This document shows, piece after piece, positions 61,460 to 64,000 of a DNA stretch of 64,000 bases; the first letter of the stretch is position 1, and every line of letters starts with the position of its first letter. The notes under the pieces were generated by a model, which saw only the letters and a list, made by a program, of their open reading frames with translations, was not told the DNA's origin and did no database searches. The stretch is taken from the NCBI GenBank assembly GCA_036172245.1, contig JAYWIR010000062.1, forward strand, positions 62,001-126,000. Direction: 5' to 3'. The stretch comes from Raillietiella orientalis (Eukaryota). The translations under genes and the position numbers were made by a program.

Positions 61460-64000
61460 CTGAAGGGGGGGGGCGTGTCGGGAAGTCTGAGTCCAGGGAG
61501 AGTATAAGGGCCGGGAGGGCGGAGAGAGCAACAGTAGGCAGAGGGGAAAGTGGGGTCTCTCGGGAGATCCTGGACTCCGAGGGGAACCCGGGGTTGGCCA
61601 GACCGTTTACATCCCGTTGTGTGCGCGAGGGCCGCCTTGCAGGTGTTCCGAATTGCCTCCACCCCGTCCCCCTCGGAGGGAGAGGAGTCACTCCATCTGT
61701 GGATTCCGCAAGAGTCGGGAAGGGCAGGGGCAAAGGGGAGGAGGAGGAAGCACAGACGAATGGGGAAGCAGAGAGCGAGTACTGGAAGGCAGATGCCCGT
61801 GGACGGGGAGCCGATGGGAGCCGTCGGATCCACGTGACTCCCTCCACCTGGAAACCGTTGCCACGGTAGGTTCGGCAACACTGGAGGAGAAAACCAAGAA
61901 CCGAAGAAAGGGGGATAGAGGGAGGAGAAGAAGGAGGAAAGAGAAGCGTTCCTAGCCGGGGAGCCTCCCTTCGTATTCCGAAAGTCTGAAAGGGAGCGCC
62001 CCTGTCAGGAGGTTCTGCTCGGGGAATTCACCGGAGGTCGCTGCCCTCCAGAGAAACGCGAGAGTCGGGGGTGCGTAGAAAACACGTCCGACCGTAGCTC
62101 CGTGGTGGTCCACCGTCGTGGAGGCGCCGTGGCCTCTGTGGCATCGAACGCCGCGCTCCTGCACGCGCTGCCTCACGGCGAGCAAGGAAGGGAGAGGGAG
62201 GAGGAGGCAAGATGGTCGGTGGCCGAGGGAGCTGCTGAGTTCCAAGCCGCCTCCCTCCAGGGGACTCCATCGCGTCCCGCGGGTGTGTCGTTCGTCCTGC
62301 TCCCAGGGCACCGGATGCGGCGATGAGATCCCCGTCCGACAGGGGAAGGGGACTTCGCCCAGGGGGCTTTTTCTCATCTCCCTCTCACCCTCTTCCCGGA
62401 GAGAAGACCCCCACCTCACCCAGGAAGTCCTCCTGCGGAGGTAACGGAGGGGTGGGTGGAGTCCACGCCGACCCGGCCTTCGGTCCCGCCGCGGGACGAT
62501 CGATCGATCGCTCCAGTGATGAATTTTTGATAGGATGGAGCTCCCGGAGCCCCAAGAACAGGGGGCTAGGGAAAGGAGAGGGCCAATATGGGAGGGACAG
62601 GGAATCTCCCTTTCCAGATGGTCTCCTTTGATTGGCAGCCGCTCAGACGCGCGCGTGCCTCATCAAGCAGGCAGTGCTGGGAAGCGGACGGGGGGTGGCT
62701 CTGGCTGCTCCTTCCCGAGGGGAATGCCAGGGACGGAGGGGAATGCGGGGCTCCTCCCCGTGACAAGGGGAAGGAAGAGAGGAGGAACACGGAATTCCCG
62801 GTCCCCATCCGCGCTGCCCCTCGTCGTCCGGGGGACGACCCTTTTCCCCCGCCGACGTTCCTCTGGGGTTCCCTGCTCTCTTCCCTTCGCCCTCCCGGGC
62901 GAAGGTCGGAAATCCCCTGCCTCCCGACTCTCCCGCGGTGACGGAGCCTCAAGGCATCTTCACAGCAAGCAGGCAGGAGGGGGATGGGGGTTAAGCGCTC
63001 TCCCTCTCCCCTCCTTCCCAAGAAGGATGCGGAGAAGCTCGCTTACGTCTCCCAAGCGACGCTCCCGCCTACCCTATGCGGAGATCTTCGGGAGCGGAGT
63101 CAGAAGGGGTGTGCGGAGAGCAAGGAGGTCCGGGAGGCTTGACAGCGGGAAGCGGCCCTCCCGGGAAGGCAACGCTCTGCTCGTCCAAGTGGCAGCTGTG
63201 CGTTGCTTGGCAACGGAGTATACCGGTGCTCCAAAGGACTGTGGCACCCGATACGGGCAACGATAAGGGGAGAAGTCGGAGCCAAAGCGGAAGGCGGTCG
63301 GAGAAGTTCCCCTCTCCTTTCCCAAGCGCATTGGGGAGCCAAGGAGAGGTGCTCTCCTACGCGGGAGGACAAAACCTTTACGTGGACCCGCGGCGGAGGG
63401 CCAGAGGACCCCTCGTCAGTGGACGCTCTGAGAGAGAGCGGAGAGAAGGCATCGACGCTCTCGTCCCCCGGGGGACGAGCGTCCTGGCACAGGCGCAACT
63501 AGCCTGCGAAAGGCTCCATGCGTCTGTCACCAGGTCGCTCAAACCCCCATCCCCGCCCCCCTCTCTCTCTCTCGGAACCGCAGGGAGTCCGGCTCCATGC
63601 CTCGTCGGGTGGAAGCGGCCACCTATAGTTCCCCGCCGCACCGCCTTCCTCCAAGGCGGGAGAGGTGCTCCCTGTCGCCGCCGCCCCCTCCTTTCGTACC
63701 GACCCGTCACGGGGCGGGCGGTGATCAGTCGCCGCGGCAGTCGCCGATGCTCCACCACCGTCCGACCGCAGCGCCCCTGCCGGCGGCTGCCTCACAGCCG
63801 CAGCAGCTCCCTCCAGAGGGAGTATCGATCTTCCCCTCCCGGTCGAAGGGAGGGAGAAAATGACCGAGGATGTCTTTCAGCCGTGATGAATTGCGTCAGC
63901 CTCCCGTGAGTGCATCCGCGCCTGCCCGCCGCCAGCGTCGCAGCGGCAGTAACGAGCGGCTCCCGTCGCCGCGGCCAGATGGCGTCGCTGGCGCACTTAC

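Overview
Eukaryotic (arthropod-like) nuclear DNA in two contrasting parts. Bases ~1-35 kb are a graveyard of foreign and decayed DNA. A same-strand cluster of endogenous viral elements (266-8717) holds three CRESS ssDNA-virus Rep pseudogenes and two paralogous genes resembling negative-strand RNA virus (qinvirus-like) nucleoprotein; one Rep lies directly upstream of one N-like gene. This part also has many L1/Tx1-like LINE fragments (several 3' ends carry an AATAAA+GC-hairpin motif), a cytochrome b NUMT, an intron-containing CAP pseudogene, a near-identical 3.24-kb inverted duplication and several fold-back palindromes. Bases ~37.7-64 kb are gene-dense: RMND5 (-), GTF2H5/TFB5 and ZNHIT1 separated by only 3 nt (+, probable bicistronic mRNA), and the 3' part of the slowpoke BK channel gene (-), which crosses a marked GC-rich to AT-rich boundary. 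The best candidate for a novel system is the endogenised Rep + N-like (DNA/RNA chimeric virus) cluster. All calls were made by eye; no database searches were run.
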